Notes: generated from the letters alone by a model not told the origin. Shown: positions 8,999 to 17,990, numbered from the stretch's first letter. The stretch: DNA of 32,000 bases from Polyangiaceae bacterium (GCA_044376115.1 JBILLK010000028.1:102389-134388); one strand, 5' to 3'. A program made the numbers and translations.

Positions 8999-10642
8999 AT
9001 GCGAATTGTAACAAGTCGTTGGTTGGCCGCGATGATGAGCTCTCTCTCGTTTGCGGCTTCGGGATGCGAGCTGATCGCGAACACAGATCGTACGACCATC
9101 GGCGCGGGTGGCGCGGGCGGCGCGGGCGGCGGCGACCAGGTCGGCGGCTCGGCGGGCAGCGTCGCACAAGGCGCGAGTGATGCCGGAGCTGGTGGCGCTG
9201 GCAGCGCCTCTACCAACGGCGGTGGCGGCGCGGGTGCAGCAGGCGGCGACGGTGGCGCGGGCAGTTCCACTGTCGGTGCAGGCGGTGAAGGCGGCGCAGG
9301 CGGTGAAGGCGGTGCGGGCGGTGAAGGCGGTGCGGGCGGTGAAGGCGGCGCAGGCAGTTCCACCGTCGGTGCAGGCGGCGCAGGCGGTGAAGGCGGTGCG
9401 GGCAGTTCCACCGTCGGCGCGGGCGGCGCAGGCGGTGATGGCGGCTCGGGTGGCGCAGGCGGTGCGGGAAGCTCCACCGTCGGCGCGGGTGGCGCAGGCG
9501 GTGAGACGGGCCCTGGCGGCGCAGGCGGTGACGGCGGCGCGGGCAGTTCCACCGTCGGCGCGGGCGGCGCAGGCGGCGCAGGTGGCGCAGGTGGCGCAGG
9601 TGGCGACGGTGGTGCAGGCGGCTCGGGTGGTGTCCCGCCCGGCGAAACGTGCGCCGACCCGATGCTAGTGGAGGTCGTTCTCGACACAACCTACTTCACC
9701 AACGGGGAGATCTTCACGACCTCCACCAACGAGATTGAGAGCTTCTGCACCGACGCCGATCCCAATGTCCCCGACACTTGGGCTGACGTGGTTTACGCAG
9801 TCCAAATCAGTGATGCGTGCAGCGCTTCGTTCGTCGTGCAGAGTTCGACCGACGCGGAGATCTCCTTGCGGTCCGATTGCGGCGTCGAGGAGTACTGCGT
9901 CAACACGGTCGTTGGCGGCGGTGGGCAGGAAAACCTTTCCGTTCCATTGGAGGCGGGCACCTACTTCCTCAACATTCAGTCGGATCTACCCACTCCGTAC
10001 ACCTTGCATATCTACTGCAACACCCCAGCCTGTGGTGACAGCTTCCTGAACCCCGGCGAAGCGTGTGATGATCACAACACCGACGATGGCGATGGCTGTA
10101 GCTCGCTTTGCACGATTGAGGCGGCAGACCCACTGGTTGAGGACTGCGCCAGCGTAAGCCCTCAAGCAGCGCACCAGCTCGTGGCTGGCGCTCAGTTCCT
10201 CACCCCAGTCGGTGCGGCAGCGACCACGCTTGGTGCCCTCGACAACGAGCACGGTACTTGTCAGCTTGCACCCGCTGACCCGGCGGAGTCGTATGCGCCA
10301 GACCAGGTCTACAAGATGCGGTCGCCAGTTCCCGGTATGGCCACGGTCACGCTCGGGCTCGACCCAGCCGGGATCCCTTATTGCGGTGCTGACGTGAACG
10401 CGGAGCCCTCGTTGCCCTATTCATCTGGTTGCTACGACCGCTCGCTCTTCATTCGCGAGGCCGATTGCACCGCGGGAGCTGAGGTCGCCTGCACAGAGGG
10501 AACCAATTGGTGGGACGTGGAACAAGCCCTCATTCCTATCGCCGCAGACACGGACTACTACGTATTCGCCGACGGCTGGTTGGCCGGCTACGGATATGAT
10601 GTTGGTTCGTACACCATCCAAGTCGAGTTTACGCCCGACTGA
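8999..10642 (+). CDS. Lipoprotein with a Gly-rich repeat region and a Myxococcus-type cysteine-rich repeat
   Basis: I prefer the start at the in-frame ATG at 8999 (MRIVTSRWLAAMMSSLSFAASGC, lipobox) over the ORF-track start at 8891, which would leave only 11 bp to the divergent gene. Five GAGSSTVGAGGAGG repeats. CGDSFLNPGEACDDHNTDDGDGCSSLC resembles the Myxococcus cysteine-rich repeat. Confidence 0.7.
   Translation: MRIVTSRWLAAMMSSLSFAASGCELIANTDRTTIGAGGAGGAGGGDQVGGSAGSVAQGASDAGAGGAGSASTNGGGGAGAAGGDGGAGSSTVGAGGEGGAGGEGGAGGEGGAGGEGGAGSSTVGAGGAGGEGGAGSSTVGAGGAGGDGGSGGAGGAGSSTVGAGGAGGETGPGGAGGDGGAGSSTVGAGGAGGAGGAGGAGGDGGAGGSGGVPPGETCADPMLVEVVLDTTYFTNGEIFTTSTNEIESFCTDADPNVPDTWADVVYAVQISDACSASFVVQSSTDAEISLRSDCGVEEYCVNTVVGGGGQENLSVPLEAGTYFLNIQSDLPTPYTLHIYCNTPACGDSFLNPGEACDDHNTDDGDGCSSLCTIEAADPLVEDCASVSPQAAHQLVAGAQFLTPVGAAATTLGALDNEHGTCQLAPADPAESYAPDQVYKMRSPVPGMATVTLGLDPAGIPYCGADVNAEPSLPYSSGCYDRSLFIREADCTAGAEVACTEGTNWWDVEQALIPIAADTDYYVFADGWLAGYGYDVGSYTIQVEFTPD
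9100..9640. repeat. In-gene GC-rich tandem repeats encoding (GAGSSTVGAGGAGGxGG)n
   Basis: The unit gggcagttccaccgtcggcgcgggcggcgcaggcggtga recurs five times with variable numbers of ggcggtgaaggcggtgcg subunits between copies. Confidence 0.75.
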
Positions 10643-10670
10643 GTCATAGCGAACCGCACGTTTGCAGCAG

Positions 10671-10701
10671 GGCCTCGAGGGTTACGACCTTCGAGGCCTT
10701 T
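10671..10701. terminator. Hairpin between convergent genes, candidate bidirectional terminator
   Basis: ggcctcgagg gttacgac cttcgaggcc followed by ttt. It lies between the stop at 10642 (+) and the stop at 10704 (-). Confidence 0.45.
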
Positions 10702-10703
10702 GC

Positions 10704-11339
10704 TCATAGAAGCTCGTCACTCGTTGCGTTGTCCTCTTCGCTTTGAAGATGACAGGCGTGGCAGCGCATACCGGCCGAGGAATTGAAGGCCGCTTTGACC
10801 GCAACGACCTTTGCGCAGCCGATGCAGGCCACGGTTTTTTCGCGCGCAACTTCTCGTGGGGCGGAGCGATAACCATCTCCGGGCACGACCTCCACCTCAG
10901 TATTTGCCGAGTCTCGCCGACCCAAGTGGCAAGCTTCACACAGCTCCCCGGTCACTCGGCGGTAGCTTTGCGCGCGCAGAACTCGGGCCTTGCAGCTGGT
11001 GCAGGTCACCCACGCGGCCTCTTCTTGCTTGCGCGTCGCAATCTCCTCACGCAGCGCGCGCGAGCGCTCCGCGAAGGCCATCGCGTCGAAGGAGTTGTTG
11101 CGGGCAAGGGCCTCACACAACACCATCACGGTGATCTCCAGATCGCGTACCCGCGCCTCGAGATCGCTCGTCGCTGCAGGCATTGGCGTCGTCGGGATTT
11201 CGGGGACCCCGCTCGCCCAAGGGGTCTCGTCCCTGCGGCTTGGCGTCTGCGACAATAGACCGCGAACCCTGCTCGCCTCGCTTGGCGATAGGTTGGGAGC
11301 AATCAGAGCGCCAAGTAGCTGCAAGAATGGTTCGGCCAT
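10704..11339 (-). CDS. Hypothetical protein with two CxxC...CxxC zinc-ribbon modules
   Basis: CTSCKARV...CEACH and CIGCAKVV...CHACH pairs, preceded by a coiled-coil-like segment. Divergent from the kinase at 11399. Confidence 0.55.
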   Translation of the reverse strand: MAEPFLQLLGALIAPNLSPSEASRVRGLLSQTPSRRDETPWASGVPEIPTTPMPAATSDLEARVRDLEITVMVLCEALARNNSFDAMAFAERSRALREEIATRKQEEAAWVTCTSCKARVLRAQSYRRVTGELCEACHLGRRDSANTEVEVVPGDGYRSAPREVAREKTVACIGCAKVVAVKAAFNSSAGMRCHACHLQSEEDNATSDELL

Positions 11340-11398
11340 GAGGAACTGTCTTTCAGCCTACATTACGTCCTGTTAGGTCAGCGACTCGCAACGAGAGT

Positions 11399-12529
11399 GT
11401 GAATGCTCACGAGACCGTGAGCACCAGGGTCAGGGAAGCTTTGATGCCGGCTCCGCCGACAACTCACCAGGATGACGTCCCCGACTTGGTGGGACACACG
11501 CTCCCCGGCGGGTGGGCTGTGCTGCGCCACATTGCCGAAGGGGGAATGGCGCACGTCTATGAGGGCCATAACGCGGATGGCATTCGCGGAGCGATCAAGG
11601 TCCTGCACACACATCTGTTGAGCAAGCCCGAGCTCGCCTTTCGCTTTCGACGCGAAGGTGAGATCGTCGAGTCGATCAAGAGCCCTCACGTTCCCCAGGT
11701 GCTCGCGCGTGGCAAAGATGAGCGTGGCCGGCCGTTCATGGTGTTCGAGTTCGTTGAAGGGCTCGAGCTGACCAAGATCTTGGACGAGCATGTCCGCTTA
11801 CCGCCGGCGGTAGCGCTCGAGATTACGCTTCAAATGTGTGAAGCGCTGCGGGTCGCTCATCTGGCTGGCATCGTCCACCGCGACATGAAGCCCGACAATG
11901 TCATCATCGTTGGCCCGCTCGACGCACCCCTGGTCAAGGTGCTCGACTTCAGCGTTTCGAAAGATGAGGACTTGGCCCTCACGCAGCAGGGTCATGTGAT
12001 GGGGACGCCCTGCTACATGGCGATCGAGCAGGCGCTGGGTGAGCCCATCACGCCATTGGCAGACATCTATTCGGTGGGCGCCATCCTCTACGACATGTTG
12101 ACTGGCCGACCACCCTATGAGCCGGATGAGCCTGGTCGCGTGTTGTCGGCGCTCTTGTCCAAGGAGCCACCGCGTGCCATCGATCTCAACCCAGCGATAC
12201 CGCCCGCGCTGGCGACCATTGTCGATACTGCGATGGCTCGCTCCCCCAAGAAGCGGTTCCCCTTCATTGAGTCGATGATCGAGGCGTTGCGCGCTGCTTC
12301 CGCCAGCATCACTCAGCGTGACACCTCGGAGACATTGCCTCCACCAGAGCCTACCTTTACGTCGAGCCCGACTGCAGAGGCGCAGCCCGTCGCGTTTGAG
12401 CCCGTGGCCGACTCGGTGAGCCGCCCGCGCCGAGCACCGAGCCCCAACGTGAGCATGGCGATCGTCCTCGTGGCTGCGCTGATCCTGCTGCTAGTGGCTG
12501 CAGCGGTGATCTTCGGCGCGCGTCGGTGA
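11399..12529 (+). CDS. Ser/Thr protein kinase with a C-terminal TM anchor
   Basis: AIKVLH (catalytic Lys), HRDMKPDN, DFSVSK and GTPCYMAIEQ. C-terminal hydrophobic MAIVLVAALILLLVAAAVIFG. GTG start at 11399; an alternative ATG lies at about 11444. Confidence 0.85.
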   Translation: MNAHETVSTRVREALMPAPPTTHQDDVPDLVGHTLPGGWAVLRHIAEGGMAHVYEGHNADGIRGAIKVLHTHLLSKPELAFRFRREGEIVESIKSPHVPQVLARGKDERGRPFMVFEFVEGLELTKILDEHVRLPPAVALEITLQMCEALRVAHLAGIVHRDMKPDNVIIVGPLDAPLVKVLDFSVSKDEDLALTQQGHVMGTPCYMAIEQALGEPITPLADIYSVGAILYDMLTGRPPYEPDEPGRVLSALLSKEPPRAIDLNPAIPPALATIVDTAMARSPKKRFPFIESMIEALRAASASITQRDTSETLPPPEPTFTSSPTAEAQPVAFEPVADSVSRPRRAPSPNVSMAIVLVAALILLLVAAAVIFGARR

Positions 12530-12562
12530 CGAGGGCTCGCCCGGCTACTATGCTCGACCGCC

Positions 12563-13735
12563 ATGTCGCGCTTGAGATGGCTGACCGCCGGCGAATCGCA
12601 CGGACCTGAACTGACGATCTTGATCGAAGGCATCCCCGCGGGGCTCGCTCTTTCGGCGGAGACGATCAACGAAGACCTCCGTCGCAGGCAGCGCGGCTAC
12701 GGACGCGGTGGTCGTATGAAGATCGAGACCGACGCCGTGAAGTTCACCGCGGGCGTGCGTGGTGGCGTAACGCTCGGCTCGCCGATCGTGATGTCGATCA
12801 AGAACCGCGACTTCGCCAACTGGCAAGGTCGGATGGGCGCCGAACCGTTCGAGACCCCGCCCGAGGCGCTCACGCGACCTCGTCCCGGCCACGCCGACCT
12901 CGCTGGCGGCCTCAAGTATGGCCACTCCGATTTACGCAACGTGCTCGAGCGAGCGAGCGCCCGCGAGACAGCTTCCCGGGTCGCTGCAGGCGCGGTCTGT
13001 CGAGCCTTCCTGCGCGAGCTCGAGATCGAGGTCTTCGCGCACGTTCTTTCGATTGGTGCGGAAACGGCACAACCCGCCGGGACGCCCGCGGAGCTGCAGC
13101 AAAAGGCCCGCGCGAGTGAGATGGCCTGCGCCGACGCCGAGGCGGAGGCACGCATGCGCACGGCGATTCATCAGGCATCGCACGCTGGAGATACGCTGGG
13201 TGGCGTGTTCGAGGTGGTCGCCAGCGGTGCACCGGCCGGGCTCGGTAGTCACGTGCAATGGGACCTTCGCCTGGACGGCCGACTTGCGCAGGCGTTGATG
13301 AGCATCCCGGCGATCAAAGGCGTTGAGATCGGTCTCGGTTTCGAGGCGGCGCGCCGCCCCGGATCGCAGGTCCACGATCCGATCGGCTTCGATACGGCGC
13401 TGCAGAGCTTCACCCGCTCGAGCAACGGCGCTGGCGGCCTCGAGGGCGGCATCTCGAATGGCAGCCCCATCGTTTGTCGCGCAGCAATGAAGCCGATCTC
13501 GACGTTGAAGAAGGCGCTTCCTTCGGTGGACATCCATTCGAAGCAAAGCACCGATGCGGCCTTCGAGCGCAGCGACGTTTGCGCGGTCCCCGCAGCCAGT
13601 GTGGTTGGCGAAGCCATGGTGTTGCTCGTGCTCTGCGATGCTGTGCGTGAAAAATTCGGCGGGGACAGCTTGCGCGAGGTCCTGCACAACGTGAACGGCT
13701 ACAAGCTCGGCATGCGCGAGTTTCCGCATGACTGA
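12563..13735 (+). CDS. aroC: Chorismate synthase
   Basis: MSRLRWLTAGESHGPELTILIEGIPAGL and RPRPGHADLAGGLKYG motifs, 390 aa. Confidence 0.92.
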   Translation: MSRLRWLTAGESHGPELTILIEGIPAGLALSAETINEDLRRRQRGYGRGGRMKIETDAVKFTAGVRGGVTLGSPIVMSIKNRDFANWQGRMGAEPFETPPEALTRPRPGHADLAGGLKYGHSDLRNVLERASARETASRVAAGAVCRAFLRELEIEVFAHVLSIGAETAQPAGTPAELQQKARASEMACADAEAEARMRTAIHQASHAGDTLGGVFEVVASGAPAGLGSHVQWDLRLDGRLAQALMSIPAIKGVEIGLGFEAARRPGSQVHDPIGFDTALQSFTRSSNGAGGLEGGISNGSPIVCRAAMKPISTLKKALPSVDIHSKQSTDAAFERSDVCAVPAASVVGEAMVLLVLCDAVREKFGGDSLREVLHNVNGYKLGMREFPHD

Positions 13736-15365
13736 GCACAACGTAAAGAGCGCACGGAACCCGCGGCTGCTGCTGCTTTGGGGTCCTCCCGCCGTTGGCA
13801 AATCGAGCGTTGGGCAGGCTCTGGCGAGCACGTTGGGCGCTGAGTTCATCGATCTCGATGACCGCATCGCGGAGCGCAGCGGCCTGCCACGTACGCAGCT
13901 TTTTGCCCGCGGGGAGCCGTTCTTTCGCGAACAGGAAGGCCTGCTGCTGCGCGGTCTGCTGCACGAGGATCACGGGGATCGCTACCGCGTGGTCGCCTTG
14001 GGTGGAGGCACGCTGGTCGATGAAGATCTGCGCTTTTCCGCGCTGACGCGCGCAACGGTGATCGCACTGACAGCGCCGCGAGGGGAGCTCGTGCAGCGGG
14101 CTGAAGCCGGTGGCCGGCCGCTGCTCGCAGGGGACGTGAAGGGCAAGCTCGCACGCTTGCTCGAGCTGCGGCGCGAGGCGTACAGCGCTGGGCACCTCGT
14201 GTTCGCGAGTGACGCTGCGCCCGAGATCGTGGCGGCATCGATCGAGCAGACGTTGCGACTTGGCTTGCTACCGCTAACCGTCGATCGGCAGACAAGCTAC
14301 TCGGTCGAGCTCTGCAACCGCGCGGTGCTGCGTCAGCGGCTCAAGTCCCTTTGCGACTGGCTCGCTCCCAGCTCGCTGACGGTGATCAGTGATGACGTGG
14401 TGGCGCCCCTCCATCTGAACCCCCTACTTGAGGAGTTACGCGCTGACTTCACCGGCCCTGTTCGTTCGCTCGTTCGGCCCGCGGGTGAGACGCACAAGAC
14501 CTTCGCTTCCCTCGAGCAGCTGCTCACCGAGCTGCATGAAGCCCGCATCGATCGGCGGGCCTTGCTGCTTGGTTTGGGCGGCGGCGTTACCACAGACATG
14601 AGTGGGCTCGCCGCGGCTTTGCTCTCGCGCGGCATCGCTTGGGTCGCCCTTCCAACTTCGCTCATGGGCATGGTGGACGCTGCCACCGGTGGGAAGACAG
14701 CCGTGAATCTCGGTGCTGCCAAGAACGGCGTTGGGATCTTTCACCATCCGCGAAGTGTGCTGGTCTGCACTGAATTCACTGAGACAGAAGAGGATCGCGC
14801 GGTGAAAAGCGGTCTCGCTGAGGTCGTCAAGTCGGCCTGCATTGCTGATGCGGCGCTCTTCGCTTGGCTCGAAACGCACGCGGCAGAGCTACGCGCTCGG
14901 GAGCCCGCGGCTTTGCAATACGCAACGCGAGCGGCCTTACGGGTGAAGGCCGAGCTCGTAGAGAAGGACCCGGCGGAGAGCGGCCCGCGCAGGTTGCTCA
15001 ACTTTGGTCATACCTTTGGTCATGCGTTGGAAGCTGCGACGCGTTACGAGCGCTGGTTGCATGGGGAGGCCGTGGCGCTCGGAATGGCGGTGGCCCTCGG
15101 AGTGGGAGCCGAGCTTGGGACAACGTCTCGAGCGGTGAAAACGCGTGTGCGACAGTTACTCACAGCGCTTGGGCTTCACTGCGGGGAGCCGCTTGCTTTG
15201 CCGCTAATTGACGCTGCTATCGCTGAACTTGGGCGCGACAAGAAGAGCTTGGGCAACGCGGTTCAACTCATTGTGTTGCGTGACATCGGTACAGCCGAGC
15301 AGCGCGTTGTGCCGCTCGAGGAGCTGGCGACGTTGGTCAAAAAGGCAGCGCTGGAGCTCTGTTGA
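13728..15365 (+). CDS. aroKB: Bifunctional shikimate kinase / 3-dehydroquinate synthase fusion
   Basis: N-terminal Walker A GPPAVGKSSVGQALA with FIDLDD (shikimate kinase). The C-terminal part has GGGVTTDMSGLAAA, LPTSLMGMVDAATGGKTAVNL and NFGHTFGHALE (DHQ synthase). Overlaps the aroC stop by 8 nt. Confidence 0.85.
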   Translation: MTEHNVKSARNPRLLLLWGPPAVGKSSVGQALASTLGAEFIDLDDRIAERSGLPRTQLFARGEPFFREQEGLLLRGLLHEDHGDRYRVVALGGGTLVDEDLRFSALTRATVIALTAPRGELVQRAEAGGRPLLAGDVKGKLARLLELRREAYSAGHLVFASDAAPEIVAASIEQTLRLGLLPLTVDRQTSYSVELCNRAVLRQRLKSLCDWLAPSSLTVISDDVVAPLHLNPLLEELRADFTGPVRSLVRPAGETHKTFASLEQLLTELHEARIDRRALLLGLGGGVTTDMSGLAAALLSRGIAWVALPTSLMGMVDAATGGKTAVNLGAAKNGVGIFHHPRSVLVCTEFTETEEDRAVKSGLAEVVKSACIADAALFAWLETHAAELRAREPAALQYATRAALRVKAELVEKDPAESGPRRLLNFGHTFGHALEAATRYERWLHGEAVALGMAVALGVGAELGTTSRAVKTRVRQLLTALGLHCGEPLALPLIDAAIAELGRDKKSLGNAVQLIVLRDIGTAEQRVVPLEELATLVKKAALELC

Positions 15366-15416
15366 CGTTTGGTCAACGGCTTCCTTTCGATGACGCACGG
15401 AGACGTGGTGCGTTTA
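15361..15416 (+). terminator. Two short hairpins after aroKB, weak terminator candidates
   Basis: GTTGAC-gtttg-GTCAAC (15361-15377), then ACGCAC-N9-GTGCGT followed by TT (15393-15415). Stems are short and T-tracts poor. Confidence 0.25.
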
Positions 15417-15526
15417 GCCTCGATCAAAGCTCCTCAAGCTTGGTTTGGAATTGTGTGATCGTTCGACGAACCTCAAAAATTCTGTAAAGTTCGCGCGCTC
15501 GATCCCCGTCGGTTCGGAGGTTCCCC

Positions 15527-16813
15527 ATGCGTATTGTCGTCCTTGCTGGTTCCGCGTTGTTCTCCACTGTGCTGCTCGCCATGACTGGCTGTGAGGTGGA
15601 GGAGTCACGACCTGTCGAGGCCGTCGTGGAGAGCGAAGCGGCGATCGTCGGTGGGACTCCGGACACCACGCACAAAGCGGTGGTTGCGTTGATCGACCAA
15701 GACCAGGGCGCGGGCTGCTCGGGCACGATCATCGCGAAGAGCGGCGGCACCGCGTGGATCCTGACGGCCGGTCACTGCGAGGGCATGGATTTCGCCCTAC
15801 AGGCGGATGACTCGGAGGATTGCTTCGTTGGAAACAACCAGTGTGAGGCGATCTATGAGGTGGTCAATGACACGCCGCACCCGAACTGGAACGGGGATGC
15901 GGGTCAGGGTTACGACTTCCGCGTGCTGCAGATCAGCGGGGCCGCTGGGGCGCCTGTCATTCCTGCCGCGACGAATCCGGACGGCGTCACGGTGGGCACG
16001 TCGATCGAAGCGGTGGGCTACGGCATCACCAGCGCCAACAACAACTCCAATACGCTACGCCGACGTGTTCTTGAGACGGTGGATCAGCTTGATTCGCTTT
16101 TGATCGTCGCTGACCAGACGGACGGAACCGGCTCTTGCAGCGGTGACTCGGGTGGTCCCATTCTCTCCAACGGCAAGGTGGTAGGCGTCACCTCCTTTGG
16201 TGATCAGACCTGTCAGCAATACGGTGCCTACGGTCGCGTGCAGGCTGTATATGCGAGCTTCATCGCGCCGATCATCGGCCAGCAGGTGGAGCTCACCTGC
16301 GATGATTGCTTCCTCGCGGTGCAGTCGGGTGCATGCGAGTCGCAAGCGAGCGCCTGCGGCAACAGCCAACAGTGCAATGACCTGCTCACCTGCTTCGATG
16401 GCTGCTCCACCAACGCCTGTTACAACGACTGCGCCAATCAGTACCCCACCGGCTACGATCAGTACGTTGCTTTCATCAATTGTGGTTGTGACGCCTGTGC
16501 CACCGAATGCGCTGCGGAGTGCGGTGGTTCCAGCTCGTCCTCTTCGTCGAGTTCATCGTCGAGCTCGAGCAGCGCGGCGGGCGGAAGCAGTGCTGGCGGC
16601 GGTGATGCTGGCGGCGCAACGGGTAACGGCGGTGCCACCAACGGCAGCGGCTCTTCCGAAGAGGCCGCGACCACCACGACCGGCGGCGGTGAGGATGATG
16701 GCGGAAGCTCTTGCAATGCCTCGGGTACCTCGAGCTCCACGCCGAGCCTGCTCAGCTTTGGGCTCGTCGGCCTGTTGCTCGGTGCGGTCGGCCGTCGTCG
16801 TCGTCGTGCCTGA
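15527..16813 (+). CDS. Secreted trypsin-like (S1) serine protease with a Cys-rich domain, poly-Ser linker and MYXO-CTERM-like sorting tail
   Basis: IVGGTPD, TAGHC (His), CSGDSGGP (Ser). Cys-rich block CDDCFLAVQSGACESQASACGNSQQCNDLLTCFDGC, a poly-Ser run (14 consecutive Ser), then C-terminal SSCNASG...LLSFGLVGLLLGAVGRRRRRA. Confidence 0.85.
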   Translation: MRIVVLAGSALFSTVLLAMTGCEVEESRPVEAVVESEAAIVGGTPDTTHKAVVALIDQDQGAGCSGTIIAKSGGTAWILTAGHCEGMDFALQADDSEDCFVGNNQCEAIYEVVNDTPHPNWNGDAGQGYDFRVLQISGAAGAPVIPAATNPDGVTVGTSIEAVGYGITSANNNSNTLRRRVLETVDQLDSLLIVADQTDGTGSCSGDSGGPILSNGKVVGVTSFGDQTCQQYGAYGRVQAVYASFIAPIIGQQVELTCDDCFLAVQSGACESQASACGNSQQCNDLLTCFDGCSTNACYNDCANQYPTGYDQYVAFINCGCDACATECAAECGGSSSSSSSSSSSSSSSAAGGSSAGGGDAGGATGNGGATNGSGSSEEAATTTTGGGEDDGGSSCNASGTSSSTPSLLSFGLVGLLLGAVGRRRRRA

Positions 16814-16822
16814 GCGTTCGCG

Positions 16823-17302
16823 GTGAGCCTGCTGACCTGCCCCGAGTGTCTGTGTTCTCCGCCGCAAGCGGGAACAGGGCCGTATCGGGTGCAGGCAGCC
16901 GATCCGCGTGGCAGTCACGGGAAAGACGCCCAGCGCGTGCCGCTCGATGGAGCCAAGCACGCCTCGGGCGTCGAGTGCTTTTGTTGCCCGGCCTGCAAGG
17001 GCGCCTTCCTCAGACACGGTGATCTGGTGCGTGTGGAGGTGGTGGCGCGCGAGTCCGGTCGCACGCTCGACTCGGCTGGCGATCAATTCCGTCGGTCGCG
17101 AGTCCGCGCGATCGTCGCCGGCCAGAGTGAAGAGGAGCGCGCGTCACGCGATTGCCCCGCATGCGATCATCCGATGATCGAACGCGAGTGGGGCTTTGGC
17201 TCGATGGTGTACGTGGACGTTTGTTTGGAATGTCGCGGCACGTGGTTGGATGCCGGCGAACTCGCGACGATTGAGCGCTACTTCGCAGGGCGATCGCGCT
17301 GA
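16823..17302 (+). CDS. Zinc-ribbon protein (zf-TFIIB-like modules)
   Basis: CPECLC...CCPACKGAFL and CPACDHPMIEREWGFGSMVYVDVCLECRGTWLDAGELATIERYF, the typical bacterial TFIIB-type zinc-ribbon signature. GTG start. Confidence 0.6.
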   Translation: MSLLTCPECLCSPPQAGTGPYRVQAADPRGSHGKDAQRVPLDGAKHASGVECFCCPACKGAFLRHGDLVRVEVVARESGRTLDSAGDQFRRSRVRAIVAGQSEEERASRDCPACDHPMIEREWGFGSMVYVDVCLECRGTWLDAGELATIERYFAGRSR

Positions 17303-17324
17303 GTCAGCGGCCGACTGTTTGCGC

Positions 17325-17990
17325 TCAGTCGAGGGGCTTGTTGCCGATGAAGAGAATGTGTGTGCCACGACCGCCGGTGCGCGAGGCGACGCGCAGCACC
17401 TCGGTATGAAAGCCGAAGCGTCCGAGACGCGCTGCGTATTTAGCGTTCGGCCCCGCCGACCACACAGCGAGGACACCGCCCGGGGTGAGGGCTTGGTAGC
17501 AAGCCCGTGTACCGCTGTCGTTGTAGAGACGCTGATTGCTCGCTTGTGAGATGGCCTCGGGCCCGTTGTCGACGTCGAGCAGGATCACATCGTACTGGTT
17601 GCGCGATCGAGCGATCACCTCGTACGCATCACCGACGATCACCGAACAGCGCGGATCGTCGAGCGCGTTGTCATGCAAATGGTTGAGCAGGCGGCGGTTC
17701 CAGTCGACGAGCTCCGGCACCAGTTCAGCCACGGTGACCTGCGCATCTGCTGGCAGTAGGTCGAGCGTAGCGCGCAGCGTGAACCCGAGACCCAGCCCGC
17801 CGACGAGCACGTGCTGGGGTTGGTCTGCTCGATCGATGGCCTCCTCCGCCAGCGATATCTCCGATTGGTGGACGCGGTTCGACATCAGCACGCGCTGATC
17901 GACGCGCACAATCCAATCGTCGCCATGATGCGCGAGAGCGAACTCGCTCTTGCCCACACGTGCGGTCGCTACGGTCTCCCATTTGAGCAT
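17325..17990 (-). CDS. Spermidine synthase-like class I methyltransferase-fold protein
   Basis: VLVGGLGLGFTLRATLDLL (SAM/dcSAM-binding glycine loop), VAELVPELVDWNR and DVILLDVDNGP motifs. Confidence 0.65.
   Translation of the reverse strand: MLKWETVATARVGKSEFALAHHGDDWIVRVDQRVLMSNRVHQSEISLAEEAIDRADQPQHVLVGGLGLGFTLRATLDLLPADAQVTVAELVPELVDWNRRLLNHLHDNALDDPRCSVIVGDAYEVIARSRNQYDVILLDVDNGPEAISQASNQRLYNDSGTRACYQALTPGGVLAVWSAGPNAKYAARLGRFGFHTEVLRVASRTGGRGTHILFIGNKPLD

Noticed and set aside
8992-9687. 231-aa Pro-rich ORF (PPAPPSPPAPP...) on the minus strand; a similar one lies at 1628-2167
   Set aside because: These are antisense readings of GGC-rich Gly-linker coding repeats. The plus-strand genes have lipoprotein signals and structured C-terminal domains.
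12932-14195. Minus-strand ORFs 12932-13867 and 13410-14195
   Set aside because: They are antisense to aroC and aroKB. The composition is Arg/Ala-rich shadow-ORF sequence.
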